Source: Myxococcales bacterium
GTDB lineage: Bacteria > Myxococcota_A > Polyangia > Polyangiales > Houyiibacteriaceae
Direction of reading: 5' to 3'
NCBI GenBank assembly: GCA_012744445.1
Contig: JAAYBZ010000006.1
Span: 1 to 54,443 of the forward strand
DNA: 54,443 nt
Positions 1-8,772 of the stretch are shown piece by piece; the first letter of the stretch is position 1, and each line of letters begins with the position of its first letter. The position numbers were made by a program, and so were the translations under genes. The notes beneath the pieces were generated by a model. The model saw only the letters and a program-made list of their open reading frames with translations, was not told the origin of the DNA and did not search any database.

Positions 1-2
1 CG

Positions 3-914
3 TTTGCGTACTTCGGCGACGTGGCCGGACGCGAGATCGCGCGCGCTACGCGCTTCGATCGGAGCTTCGCGCTCCTCACCGTGAGCCTCGACGGGATGGA
101 CGCGGTCTATCGCGTGATGCGCCGCGAAGAGATCGCGCGCTTCCGCCGTGCCATCGCCGACGCGATCCTCGAGAGCGTGCGCGCAGGCGACGTGCTCGCG
201 CGCGTCGAGGACGACGAGTACTTCGTGCTCCTCCCGGAGACGGGCCTGCTCGGCGCCAACGTGGTGCGGCGGCGCGTCCTCGCCTCGTGCGCGCGCGTGC
301 TCGAGGGGCGCGACACCGGGACCGCGCGCTGCGAGCCGATCGTCGGCATCGCCTCCTTCCCCGTCGACGGCGAGGACCTCGGCCAGCTCGTGCGCAAGGT
401 CCGCGCGAGGAGCGACCAGGTCCGCGAGGGCTTCTTCCGAAAGCACGCCCGCGGAGCGTCGTTCTTCCAGCTCGTGCACGAGGTCTTCTTCGACGAGCCG
501 GGCGACGCGCCGCTTTCGGGCAAGGTCACGCTCCCGGTCGAGGCGGTCGCGCGCCTCGGCGCCGAGGTGGCCGCCGAGATCACCAACCGAAGGGTCAAGG
601 GCACGGTCTACGTCGGGGGCGACGGCGAGCTCGCGCGCGGCGTGCTCCGCGCCCTCCCGCAGCGGCCGATGCCGGGGCTCCGCATCGGCAAGCTCAGCGC
701 ACTCGAAGGGCCGGGCTTCTGCTCCGAGGTGAGCGATCCCCGGCTCGCCGATCTCGACTTCTTCGTCGCGATGACGGAGCTCGGCGGGTACGCGCTCGTC
801 GCGCGCGAGCGGGACGACGCCTTCGACGTCTTCCACACGGTCGAGCTCGAGCTGGTGGACGCCTTCGTCACCTCGCTCCAGCGCGCCTATCATTTCCAGC
901 CGGAGATCGGGTGA
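3..914 (+). CDS. Degenerate GGDEF-domain protein with C-terminal DICT-like domain (5'-truncated by window edge)
   Basis: Frame is open from the window start (FAYFGDVAGREIARATRFDRSFALL). GGDEF-like pattern REI-RA-R...SLL...VR-GD-LAR-EDDEYFVLLPET...GIASFP-DG, with the GG(D/E)EF signature replaced by EDDEY. C-terminal FFVAMTELGGYALVARE...FHTVELELVD resembles DICT sensory domains. Confidence 0.75.
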   Translation, partial: FAYFGDVAGREIARATRFDRSFALLTVSLDGMDAVYRVMRREEIARFRRAIADAILESVRAGDVLARVEDDEYFVLLPETGLLGANVVRRRVLASCARVLEGRDTGTARCEPIVGIASFPVDGEDLGQLVRKVRARSDQVREGFFRKHARGASFFQLVHEVFFDEPGDAPLSGKVTLPVEAVARLGAEVAAEITNRRVKGTVYVGGDGELARGVLRALPQRPMPGLRIGKLSALEGPGFCSEVSDPRLADLDFFVAMTELGGYALVARERDDAFDVFHTVELELVDAFVTSLQRAYHFQPEIG

Positions 915-2296
915 TGGCGCCGGCGGGCACGATTCTGATGGTGGCGTCGAGCGACGAGCTGGGGCACGCGCTCCGGACGGCGCTCGAGGCGCGGGGGCAC
1001 TCGGTGGTGGCCATCGCCGGGATCGCCAACGCGCCGGAGCGCGCGATCGAGCTCTCCGCCGACGTGATCCTGGTCGACGCGTCGGTCGGCGTGCTCGAGC
1101 TGCGCGCCGCGATCGATCTCGTGAAGGCGCATCCCAAGACGGAGTCGGCGCACGTCCTCGTGGTGGGCGAGGGCGAGATGTCGCACGTCGCGGCCCTCGA
1201 CGCGCGCGCCGAGCCGATCGTGAAGCCCTACTTCGTGCCGGAGATCGTGGCGCACGTCGAGGCGGTGATCGGCGCCAAGCACGAGCCCAAGGATCAGGGC
1301 GAGCTCCGAGGTGAGCTCGCGCAGGTCTCGCTCTTCGACCTCCTCCAGGTCCTCTCCTCCAACCGGCGCTCCGGGCGGCTCCGCATCGAAGGCGAGCGGA
1401 TGGCCGGCGAGGTGGTGATCGACGAAGGCCGCGTGATCGACGCCACCCAGGGCTACGCGGTGGGCGAGAAGGCCCTCTTCCGCCTGCTCTCCATCGAGGC
1501 CGGCCGCTTCGTCTTCACGCCCACGCGCGTGGCCGAGCGCCCGCGGATCGACGTCGGCACCGACGCGATCGTGATGGAGGGCGTGCGCCACCTCGACGAG
1601 ACCAAGAAGGCGCTCGCCGCGCTCCCCGGTGAGCGCGTGCGCTACCGCGCGGTGCTCGCGGGCATCGATCTCCCGCCGCTCGCGCAGGCGCTCGTGCAGA
1701 AGCTCGAGGTCCCCTCGCTCCTCCGCGAGATCCTCGACTACATCGACGCGCCCGATCTCGAGATCCTCGAGACGCTCCTCCTCCTCCTCGAGACGGGCGT
1801 GGTCGAGGTCGACGAGGCCTCGATGAACACCCGCCTCCTCGCCGACGAGGGGGCTGAGACCACGCTCCGGAGCGCGATGCTCCGGCTGCGCCGCAAGGGC
1901 GTGGACGGCCCGATCCGCCTCGGCGTGCTCGGCGGCGATCGCGCGGCATTCGCGCGCTTCTCGCGCGCGCTCGGGCTCCTGCCCGAATTCGTGCCGCCCG
2001 CCGCGGCGCCGACGCCCGTGGGCGAAGGGCTCCTCGGCGAGCTCGGCCGGATCCGCATCGGCGCCTCCGAGCTCCAACTCTTCGCGCTCCCCACCGACCC
2101 CGCCTACCGCCCCGCCGTGGCGGCCCTCCTCTCCTGCTCCAAGGTGGCCCTACACTTGGGGCAGGCCGAGGAGCGCGCTGCGCTCGACGACCTCGCGAGC
2201 CGCCTCGATCTCACGATCGTCGAGGCCGACGCGGCCAGCGATCACCCGGCCCGTGCCGCCGCGGCCCTCCGCGCCGCGCTCGGAGTCGGGGGATGA
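914..2296 (+). CDS. Atypical receiver + DUF4388 domain protein with C-terminal degenerate small-GTPase-like region
   Basis: ATG at 914 overlaps the upstream TGA. REC-like N-terminus (ILMVAS...DVILVD...VKPY). Clear DUF4388 (LRGELAQVSLFDLLQVLSSNRRSGRLRI...GEVVIDEGRV...GEKALFRLL...GRFVF). The C-terminus resembles a MglA/ATP_bind_1 fold without a P-loop. Confidence 0.75.
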   Translation: MAPAGTILMVASSDELGHALRTALEARGHSVVAIAGIANAPERAIELSADVILVDASVGVLELRAAIDLVKAHPKTESAHVLVVGEGEMSHVAALDARAEPIVKPYFVPEIVAHVEAVIGAKHEPKDQGELRGELAQVSLFDLLQVLSSNRRSGRLRIEGERMAGEVVIDEGRVIDATQGYAVGEKALFRLLSIEAGRFVFTPTRVAERPRIDVGTDAIVMEGVRHLDETKKALAALPGERVRYRAVLAGIDLPPLAQALVQKLEVPSLLREILDYIDAPDLEILETLLLLLETGVVEVDEASMNTRLLADEGAETTLRSAMLRLRRKGVDGPIRLGVLGGDRAAFARFSRALGLLPEFVPPAAAPTPVGEGLLGELGRIRIGASELQLFALPTDPAYRPAVAALLSCSKVALHLGQAEERAALDDLASRLDLTIVEADAASDHPARAAAALRAALGVGG

Positions 2297-4584
2297 CGAT
2301 GCGGATCTGGCGAAGTTTGCAACGAACACTCGAGCTTCCCCGGACATCGCGCTTCGCGATGCTCGCGATCGCCCCTTTCGCCCTCTTCGTGTGGGCGTCC
2401 CGCGCCTTCCTCCGCTACGAGGCGCCGTTCGAGCTGCGCTTCCCGTGGGTGCCATGGCTCGGCGTCGAGGTCGGCTTCCACGTCGACGCGCTCGCGCTCT
2501 TCTTCCTCCTGCTCATCACCGGCGTGGGCACGTGCGTCTTCGTGTACGCGGCCGGCTACCTCGGCGAGGATCCCAAGCGGCGGCGCCTCTTCTCGTGGCT
2601 CGTCGTCTTCATGGCGGCGATGATCGGCGCCGTCGCGGCCGACGACCTCTTCGTGCTCTACACCTTCTGGGAGCTGACGAGCCTCGCCTCGTTCATGCTC
2701 GTCTCGTATCACCACGAGTCCGAGACCGCGCGGCGATCGGCGCGTCAGGCGATGCTCGTCACCTTCGGCGGCGGCTTCGTCCTCCTGCTCGGCTTCCTCG
2801 TGCTCGCCGGGCTCGCGGGGACCTCGTCGATCCAGGGCGTGATCGCCGCGGCGCCGCGCTTCGCCGGTGAGCCCGCGGCGCGCTTCGCGATGTTCTGCCT
2901 CTTCGTGGGGGCGTTCACCAAGTCGGCCCAGATCCCCTTCCACTTCTGGCTGCCCGACGCCATGGCCGCGCCCACGCCCGTGAGCGCGTACCTCCACTCG
3001 GCCACGATGGTGAAGCTCGGCGTGTACCTGCTCGCGCGCATCGAGCACGTCTTCGCGGACGACTGGCTCTTCGGCCCCACGCTCATCGTCGTCGGCGGTA
3101 CGACCTCGGCGTGGGCGATGGTGAAGACGCTCCGCGAGCGCGACCTCAAGCGGATCCTCGCGTGGGCGACGGTCTCGGCGCTCGGGACCATGATGATGCT
3201 CATCGGCCTCCCCGGCGCCGAGGGCGCGATGGCGCTCGTGGCCTTCGTGCTCGCGCACGCCCTCTACAAGGCGCCGCTCTTCTTCGTCGCGGGCAACGTC
3301 GATCACTGCACGGGGACCCGCGACATCGGGCAGCTCGCGGCGCTCGCGCGCGTGATGCCTTGGACGGCGGCCGCCGCGCTCGCCGCCGCGCTCTCGATGG
3401 GCGGCTTCCCGCTCTCCTTCGGACACTTCGCGAAGGAGCTCATCCACATCGCCAAGCGCGACGGCGACCTCTACACGATCATCGGCTACGGGAGCATCCC
3501 CGTGAGCGCGATCACGGTCGCGGTGGCGGCCATCGCGGCGGTGCGCATCTTCTGGCACCGCGGCGACGGCTCGATCCCGAGCGAGATGCACGAGGCCCCG
3601 TTCTCGATGCGGATCCCACCGCTCGCGCTCGCGTCGCTCGGCGTCCTCCTCGGGCTCTCCCCGCACGTCGTCGATCCGATGCTCCAGGCCGCCGCGAAGT
3701 GCATCACGCCCGACGCCCACCTCGTGGAGATCGACGAGACGCGCGAGCTCCTCGGCCTCGTCCCGGTTTACGCGCTCGGCGTGATCGTCTTCGCCTCTTG
3801 GGATCGGCTCCACGAGGTGGTCGCGAAGGTGAAGCTGCCCTCGTTCCTCCTCGCCAAGACGCACCTCGAGAAGTCGCAGGAGACGGCGGTGCACCTGGCC
3901 TCGATCGTCACGCGGACGATCCAGCACGGCCGCCTCCGGGGTTACGCGGCGCTCCTCTTCTCCACCATGCTCGCGGCGCTCGCGCTCACGCTCGCCGCGA
4001 CGCTCGAGGACGGGCGCACGCTCGTCGCCCACGCGCGTCTCGGCGAGATCGACGGCGCGCGGATCGCCGTCCTCGGGGCGTGCGTGCTCTTGGTGGTCTC
4101 CGCCATCGCGATGACGGTGCTGCGCGATACCTTCGTGCTCCTCTTGGTGAGCGGCTTGATGGGCCTCGGCGTCGCGCTCTCCTTCCTCTTCGCGGGCGCG
4201 CCCGACCTCGCGCTCACGCAGTTCATCGTGGAGGTGGCGCTCGTCGTGGTGATCGCCTCCGTGCTGCTGCGCGTGCGCCGTCTCGGCATCGAGCATCCGC
4301 CGACGCCGGCGAGCCCCTCGCGGCTCGCGCTCTCCCTCGGGCTCGGCGCCGCCGTCGCGCTCGCCATCGTCGCCGCGAGCGGCACGGGGACGGCGTCCAC
4401 CGCGCTCGCGGAGTACTTCGGCGCGCATTCGCTGCCGGACGCGCACGGACGCAACGTGGTGAACGTCCTCCTCGTGGACTTCCGCGCGCTCGACACGCTC
4501 GGCGAGATCACGGTGCTCTCGCTCGCGTTCTTCGCGACGGCGCGCGTCTTTGCCGCGTTCCGCCGCGAGGAGGCCGGCCGATGA
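2293..4584 (+). CDS. mrpA: Na+/H+ antiporter subunit A (MrpA/MnhA)
   Basis: NuoL-like motifs FWELTSLASF, KSAQIPFHFWLPDAMAAPTPVSAYLHSATMVK and HALYKA. C-terminal APDLALTQ and GRNVVNVLLVDFRALDTLGEI. Confidence 0.95.
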   Translation: MTMRIWRSLQRTLELPRTSRFAMLAIAPFALFVWASRAFLRYEAPFELRFPWVPWLGVEVGFHVDALALFFLLLITGVGTCVFVYAAGYLGEDPKRRRLFSWLVVFMAAMIGAVAADDLFVLYTFWELTSLASFMLVSYHHESETARRSARQAMLVTFGGGFVLLLGFLVLAGLAGTSSIQGVIAAAPRFAGEPAARFAMFCLFVGAFTKSAQIPFHFWLPDAMAAPTPVSAYLHSATMVKLGVYLLARIEHVFADDWLFGPTLIVVGGTTSAWAMVKTLRERDLKRILAWATVSALGTMMMLIGLPGAEGAMALVAFVLAHALYKAPLFFVAGNVDHCTGTRDIGQLAALARVMPWTAAAALAAALSMGGFPLSFGHFAKELIHIAKRDGDLYTIIGYGSIPVSAITVAVAAIAAVRIFWHRGDGSIPSEMHEAPFSMRIPPLALASLGVLLGLSPHVVDPMLQAAAKCITPDAHLVEIDETRELLGLVPVYALGVIVFASWDRLHEVVAKVKLPSFLLAKTHLEKSQETAVHLASIVTRTIQHGRLRGYAALLFSTMLAALALTLAATLEDGRTLVAHARLGEIDGARIAVLGACVLLVVSAIAMTVLRDTFVLLLVSGLMGLGVALSFLFAGAPDLALTQFIVEVALVVVIASVLLRVRRLGIEHPPTPASPSRLALSLGLGAAVALAIVAASGTGTASTALAEYFGAHSLPDAHGRNVVNVLLVDFRALDTLGEITVLSLAFFATARVFAAFRREEAGR

Positions 4585-5015
4585 AGGGGCGTATCCTCGT
4601 GCTCGAGGTCGCGGCGCGCTTCCTCCACCCGCTCATGATGGCCGCGGCCGTGTGGGTGCTCCTCCGTGGGCACGACCTGCCGGGCGGGGGGTTCATCGGG
4701 GGCCTCGTCGCGGTCTGCGCGACGGCGCTCGTCTCGGTCGCCCGCGGCGCGGAGGCGGCCCGCGCGAGCATTCCGCTCGGCGCGCCCCGGCTCACCGCGA
4801 TCGGCGTCGGGCTCGCGGCGACGAGCGGGCTCCCGGCGCTCTTCGCGGACGCGCCCTTCCTCACGCACCTCTGGGTCGAGCTGCCGCTCGGGTTCACGCA
4901 GCTCTCCATCGGCACGCCGCTCCTCTTCGACGCGGGCGTCTTCGCCGTCGTCTTCGGCGCGCTCGGCGGCCTCTTGGTCTCGATCCTCGCGATCGACGAG
5001 GAGGAGGCTCCATGA
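4581..5015 (+). CDS. mrpB: Na+/H+ antiporter subunit B
   Basis: ATGA overlap with mrpA and GAGGAGG RBS. LRGHDLPGGGFIGGL and LLFDAGVF motifs. Confidence 0.93.
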   Translation: MKGRILVLEVAARFLHPLMMAAAVWVLLRGHDLPGGGFIGGLVAVCATALVSVARGAEAARASIPLGAPRLTAIGVGLAATSGLPALFADAPFLTHLWVELPLGFTQLSIGTPLLFDAGVFAVVFGALGGLLVSILAIDEEEAP

Positions 5016-5407
5016 TCCTGGCGCTCGCCGTGGCGGCCGGCGCCATCGTCTTCGCCGGCGTCTACCTCATCCTCTCGCGCGATCTCCTCCGCATGGTCGT
5101 GGGCGTGTCGATCCTCGGCTACGCGGCGAACCTCGCGCTCCTCGCCTCGGGGCGGCCCGAGCCGGGCATGAAGCCGGCGATCGTGCCGGAGGGCCTCGAG
5201 GCGCTCTCGAGCGCGGCGGCGGATCCCGTCCCGCAGGCGCTCGTGCTCACCTCGATCGTCATCGGCTTCGCGCTCACCTGCTTCTCGCTCGTATTGGTGC
5301 TCGCGATCCAGCAGCGCACCGGCGGCGCCGACGCCGACGCGCTCCGCGAGGTCGAGCCGCCGCCGACGCACGACCACCAACCCGCGCTCGTGGAGGAGGA
5401 GCCGTGA
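5012..5407 (+). CDS. mrpC: Na+/H+ antiporter subunit C
   Basis: ATGA overlap. GVYLILSR-L-R and ADPVPQALVLTSIVIGF motifs. Confidence 0.95.
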   Translation: MILALAVAAGAIVFAGVYLILSRDLLRMVVGVSILGYAANLALLASGRPEPGMKPAIVPEGLEALSSAAADPVPQALVLTSIVIGFALTCFSLVLVLAIQQRTGGADADALREVEPPPTHDHQPALVEEEP

Positions 5408-6891
5408 TCTCGCTCCTGCTCACCGCGCCCTTCCTCTTGCCGCTCGCGACGGCGCTGCTCACCGTGCTCGTACCGAGCGGCGGCGCGCGCAAGGGCGTCG
5501 CGTTCGGCGGCGCGCTCGCCTCGCTCCTCGTCGCGGCGTGCCTCGTCGCCGAGGTGGCCTCGGAGGGCGTGCTGCGCGTGGCGATCGGCGGATGGGAGGC
5601 GCCCTTCGGCATCGAGCTCGTCGCCGACGCGCTCTCGGCGGCGATGGTCCTCATCACGGCGTTGGTCGCGCTCCTCGCGCTTCTCTTCCAGGAGAGCGAC
5701 GCCGATCCGGCGGAGACCTCGGGCTACTTCCATCCGCTCTTCTTCGTGCTGATCGCGGGCGTCGGGGGCACCTTCGTCACGGGCGATCTCTTCAACCTCT
5801 ACGTGTGGTTCGAGGTGATGCTCCTCTCGGCGCTCGGCCTCCTCGCCTTCGGCGGGCGCGTGCGGAACCTCGACGCCACCGTGAAGTACTTCGTGCTCAA
5901 CGCGACGGGCACGCTCGCCTTCTTGTTCGCCGTCGCGTTCCTCTACGCGGCCACGGGGCAGCTCAATTTCGCCGCCCTCGCGGAGGCGTCGCGCCCCGAC
6001 GACGCCGCCCGCTGGCTCCCCTTCGTCTCGCTGCTCCTCGTCGCCTTCCTCGTGAAGGCGGGCGCATTCCCCGTCTTCTCCTGGCTCCCTGCCTCGTACC
6101 CGGTGCTCCCCGCGCCGGTGCTCGCGCTCTTCGCCGGGCTCCTCACCAAGGTGGGCGTCTACGCGCTCCTCCGCACGGCGGCCCACGTCTTCCCGACGGC
6201 GCCCGTGATCTTCTTCGAGATCCTCGGGTGGCTCTCGGTCTTCACGATGATCGTGGGCGCGCTCGGCGCCATCTACCACTACGACGTGCGGCGGATCCTG
6301 GCGTTCCACATCGTGAGCCAGGTGGGCTACATGCTCTTCGGCATCGCGCTGCACACGCAGGGCGCGCAGGTGGCGACGGCCTTCTACGTGCTCCACCACA
6401 TCGCCGCCAAGTCGAACCTCTTCCTCCTCGCCGCCGTCGTCGCGCGGACGGCGGGGAGCTACGACCTCCGCCGCATCGGCGGGCTCTACGCGGCGCGCCC
6501 CGGCCTCGCGCTCCTCTTCCTCGTCTCGGCGCTCTCGATGGTGGGCGTGCCGCCGCTCTCGGGCTTCTGGGCCAAGCTCATGCTCCTCCGCGAGGGGATC
6601 GCCGAGGGGCGCTACGTCTGGACCGCCGCGGCGCTCCTCACGGGCTTCCTCACGCTCTTCTCGATGATGAAGATCTGGTTCGCGGCCTTCCTCGAGGCGC
6701 ACCCGGCGGGGGTCGACGCGCCGAAGCCGCTCGCGCGCGCCACCCCGGCGTATGCGGCGATCGCCTGCTTCGCGACTGTCACGATCGCCCTCGGCCTCTT
6801 CCCGGAGCCCGTGCTCGAGTTCTTGGCGCGCGCCTTCGGCGCGTCGGATCCCACCGAGGCCCTCGCCTCGCTCGCGGAGGGCGCGCGATGA
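5404..6891 (+). CDS. mrpD: Na+/H+ antiporter subunit D
   Basis: GTGA overlap with GGAGGAG RBS. GGWEAPFGI-LVAD, TGDLFNLYVWFEVML, WLPASY, LLTKVGVY and GVPPLSGFWAK motifs. Confidence 0.95.
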   Translation: MISLLLTAPFLLPLATALLTVLVPSGGARKGVAFGGALASLLVAACLVAEVASEGVLRVAIGGWEAPFGIELVADALSAAMVLITALVALLALLFQESDADPAETSGYFHPLFFVLIAGVGGTFVTGDLFNLYVWFEVMLLSALGLLAFGGRVRNLDATVKYFVLNATGTLAFLFAVAFLYAATGQLNFAALAEASRPDDAARWLPFVSLLLVAFLVKAGAFPVFSWLPASYPVLPAPVLALFAGLLTKVGVYALLRTAAHVFPTAPVIFFEILGWLSVFTMIVGALGAIYHYDVRRILAFHIVSQVGYMLFGIALHTQGAQVATAFYVLHHIAAKSNLFLLAAVVARTAGSYDLRRIGGLYAARPGLALLFLVSALSMVGVPPLSGFWAKLMLLREGIAEGRYVWTAAALLTGFLTLFSMMKIWFAAFLEAHPAGVDAPKPLARATPAYAAIACFATVTIALGLFPEPVLEFLARAFGASDPTEALASLAEGAR

Positions 6892-7235
6892 GCGCCGTGC
6901 GTCTCCTCTTCGACGTGGTCTCGCTGCTCGCGATCTTCGTGCTGGAGATCGTCTTCTCCGGCGTGAAGACGGCGGGGATGATCCTCTCCCCGTACCGCCG
7001 GCCCAAGGGCGCGATCGTCCGCATGCGCTACGAGGGGCTCAGCGAGACGGGCGCGGTGGTGCTCGCCTCGATGGTCGCCGTCACGCCGGGCTCCACGCCG
7101 GTGGAGATCGACCACGAGCGCGGTGAGATGTGGATCCACTTCCTCGACGCGGAGCACGCGGCGGGCTCCATCGCGTCGATCGAGGCGCGGTTCGCCTCGA
7201 GGCTGCGCCGCATCTTCCCGGGGAGGACGCCGTGA
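6888..7235 (+). CDS. mrpE: Na+/H+ antiporter subunit E
   Basis: ATGA overlap. LASMVAVTPGS...MWIHFLD pattern of MnhE, and operon position. Confidence 0.88.
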   Translation: MSAVRLLFDVVSLLAIFVLEIVFSGVKTAGMILSPYRRPKGAIVRMRYEGLSETGAVVLASMVAVTPGSTPVEIDHERGEMWIHFLDAEHAAGSIASIEARFASRLRRIFPGRTP

Positions 7236-7528
7236 CTGCCTCGATCGTCACCGTGGTCGTCGTGGCCTCGCTCCTCTCGATGGCGCTCGCGATCGCGCGC
7301 GTGCTCCGCGGCCCCACGCAGGCCGATCGCGTGGTCGCGCTCGACGTGGTCTTCTCGTGCAGCGTGGCGCTCACCGCGGCCGCGGCGGTGGTGGAGGGAT
7401 CGCCGCTCTTCCTCGACGTCGCGATCGGGCTCGCCCTCGTGGGCTTCGTGGCGACGATCCTCTGGGCGCGCCTCCTCGAGCAATCCCCGCACGAGCCCTC
7501 GGAGCAAGAGGAGGATGGCGATGCCTGA
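7232..7528 (+). CDS. mrpF: Na+/H+ antiporter subunit F
   Basis: GTGA overlap with GGAGG RBS. RGPTQADRVVALD and LDVAIGLALVGFVAT motifs. Confidence 0.93.
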   Translation: MTASIVTVVVVASLLSMALAIARVLRGPTQADRVVALDVVFSCSVALTAAAAVVEGSPLFLDVAIGLALVGFVATILWARLLEQSPHEPSEQEEDGDA

Positions 7529-7838
7529 GCTCGGCTTCGTGCTCGTCTGTCTCGGGGCGCTCGTGCTCCTGATCTCGGCGCTCGGTCTCTTCCGCCTGAA
7601 CGACGCGCTCACCCGTCAGCACGCGGCGACCAAGTCCGCCACCTTCGGGCAGGGGCTCCTCCTCGTGGGCGTCGCGATCGCGGAGGGCGACCTCGCGTGG
7701 TGGTGGCGCGTGGGCCTCATCCTCACCGTGCTCGTGATCACGCTCCCCGTGGCCGCGCAGATGCTCGCCCGCGCTGCGCTCGCGAGCACCCCGCCCTCGA
7801 AGCATCCGGCACGGATCGCCGAGCCCGAGGATCGCTGA
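7521..7838 (+). CDS. mrpG: Na+/H+ antiporter subunit G
   Basis: GLFRLNDALTRQHAATKSATFG and T-PVAAQMLARA motifs. ATG 7521 is better spaced from GAGGAGG than the alternative ATG at 7515. Confidence 0.92.
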   Translation: MPELGFVLVCLGALVLLISALGLFRLNDALTRQHAATKSATFGQGLLLVGVAIAEGDLAWWWRVGLILTVLVITLPVAAQMLARAALASTPPSKHPARIAEPEDR

Positions 7839-8096
7839 TCAGCGCCGCCGCCGCCCGCCTTCGCCTCCCCTGGGCTCGCCCGTGGGTTTCTCCCGCTCGG
7901 TGCGCCGCGCCTCCTCGGGAGGCGCCTCGTCGCGCGAGCCCTTGCCGGGCGGCGTGAAGTGATAGGTGGGGTCGATGTACCGCGGATGGGACCAGAAGTA
8001 GGGGTCGAAGACCCGGTCGTCCGCCCTCGCGTCCACGCGCTCGGGGGTGAAGAGCGCGAGCCACGAGGCCAATACGATCCCTCTCCGCCACGGCAT
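7839..8096 (-). CDS. Small hypothetical protein, possibly exported
   Basis: Fills the gap between mrpG and the ruvA promoter exactly (stops abut as TGATCA). Weak hydrophobic N-terminus, then an aromatic-rich segment FDPYFWSHPRYIDPTYHF with host-like codons, then a charged tail. Confidence 0.45.
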   Translation of the reverse strand: MPWRRGIVLASWLALFTPERVDARADDRVFDPYFWSHPRYIDPTYHFTPPGKGSRDEAPPEEARRTEREKPTGEPRGGEGGRRRR

Positions 8097-8151
8097 CGTG
8101 AATGCATACGGACGGGGGGAGCCCTCGATCCCTTCCGCTCGGCGGAGGTCC

Positions 8152-8160
8152 TGCTAGGCT
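8152..8160 (+). promoter_or_regulatory. Extended -10 element (TGcTAGGCT), probable leaderless ruvA promoter
   Basis: TGn-TAGGCT ends 7 nt before ATG 8168, with no Shine-Dalgarno in between. Confidence 0.5.
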
Positions 8161-8167
8161 CGCGCGG

Positions 8168-8764
8168 ATGATCGGGCGCTTACGAGGGACCATCGTCGAA
8201 GAGCACGAGGACGGCTCGCTCACGGTCGACGTCTCCGGGGTGGGCTACGAGGTCCACGCGCCGCTCGGCACGCGCGGCCGTCTCGGCGAGGGCACCGTGA
8301 CGGTCTACGTGCACACCCACGTACGCGAGGACGCGATCACCCTCTTCGGCTTCGCGAGCGACGAGGACCGGCGCGTCTTCCGGCTCCTCCTCGGCGTGAA
8401 CGGCATCGGCCCCAAGGTCGCGCTCGCCATCCTCGGGCGGCTCGACGGCCCGGAGCTCGGGGCGGCCGTGGCGCGCCAGGACCCCACGGCGTTCAAGGGC
8501 ATCCCCGGCGTGGGCAAGAAGCTCGTCGAGCGCCTCCTCCTCGATCTCCGTGACAAACCCCTGCCCACGGGCGGGGCCACCCTCCGGGCCAAGCCCACGG
8601 CGCCCACCCCGCCCCTCGGCGGGACGCCCGCGGCCGTCGTCTCGGCCCTCGTCAACATGGGCTTCAAGCGCGCCGAGGCCGAGCGCGCGATCGAGAGCCT
8701 CGAGGTGCGCGAAGACGCCACCTTCGAATCCCTTTTGCGCGATACGCTCGCCGTGCTTCGTTGA
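8168..8764 (+). CDS. ruvA: Holliday junction branch migration protein RuvA
   Basis: MIGRLRG...[39 protein letters not shown] and ALVNMGF motifs. Confidence 0.96.
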   Translation: MIGRLRGTIVEEHEDGSLTVDVSGVGYEVHAPLGTRGRLGEGTVTVYVHTHVREDAITLFGFASDEDRRVFRLLLGVNGIGPKVALAILGRLDGPELGAAVARQDPTAFKGIPGVGKKLVERLLLDLRDKPLPTGGATLRAKPTAPTPPLGGTPAAVVSALVNMGFKRAEAERAIESLEVREDATFESLLRDTLAVLR

Positions 8765-8772
8765 GGTCGAAG

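Noticed and set aside
2293-7838. Membrane-bound hydrogenase (Mbh) or complex I interpretation of mrpA/mrpD
   Set aside because: No [NiFe] or Fe-S subunits are adjacent. The A-G set is a standard group 1 Mrp antiporter.
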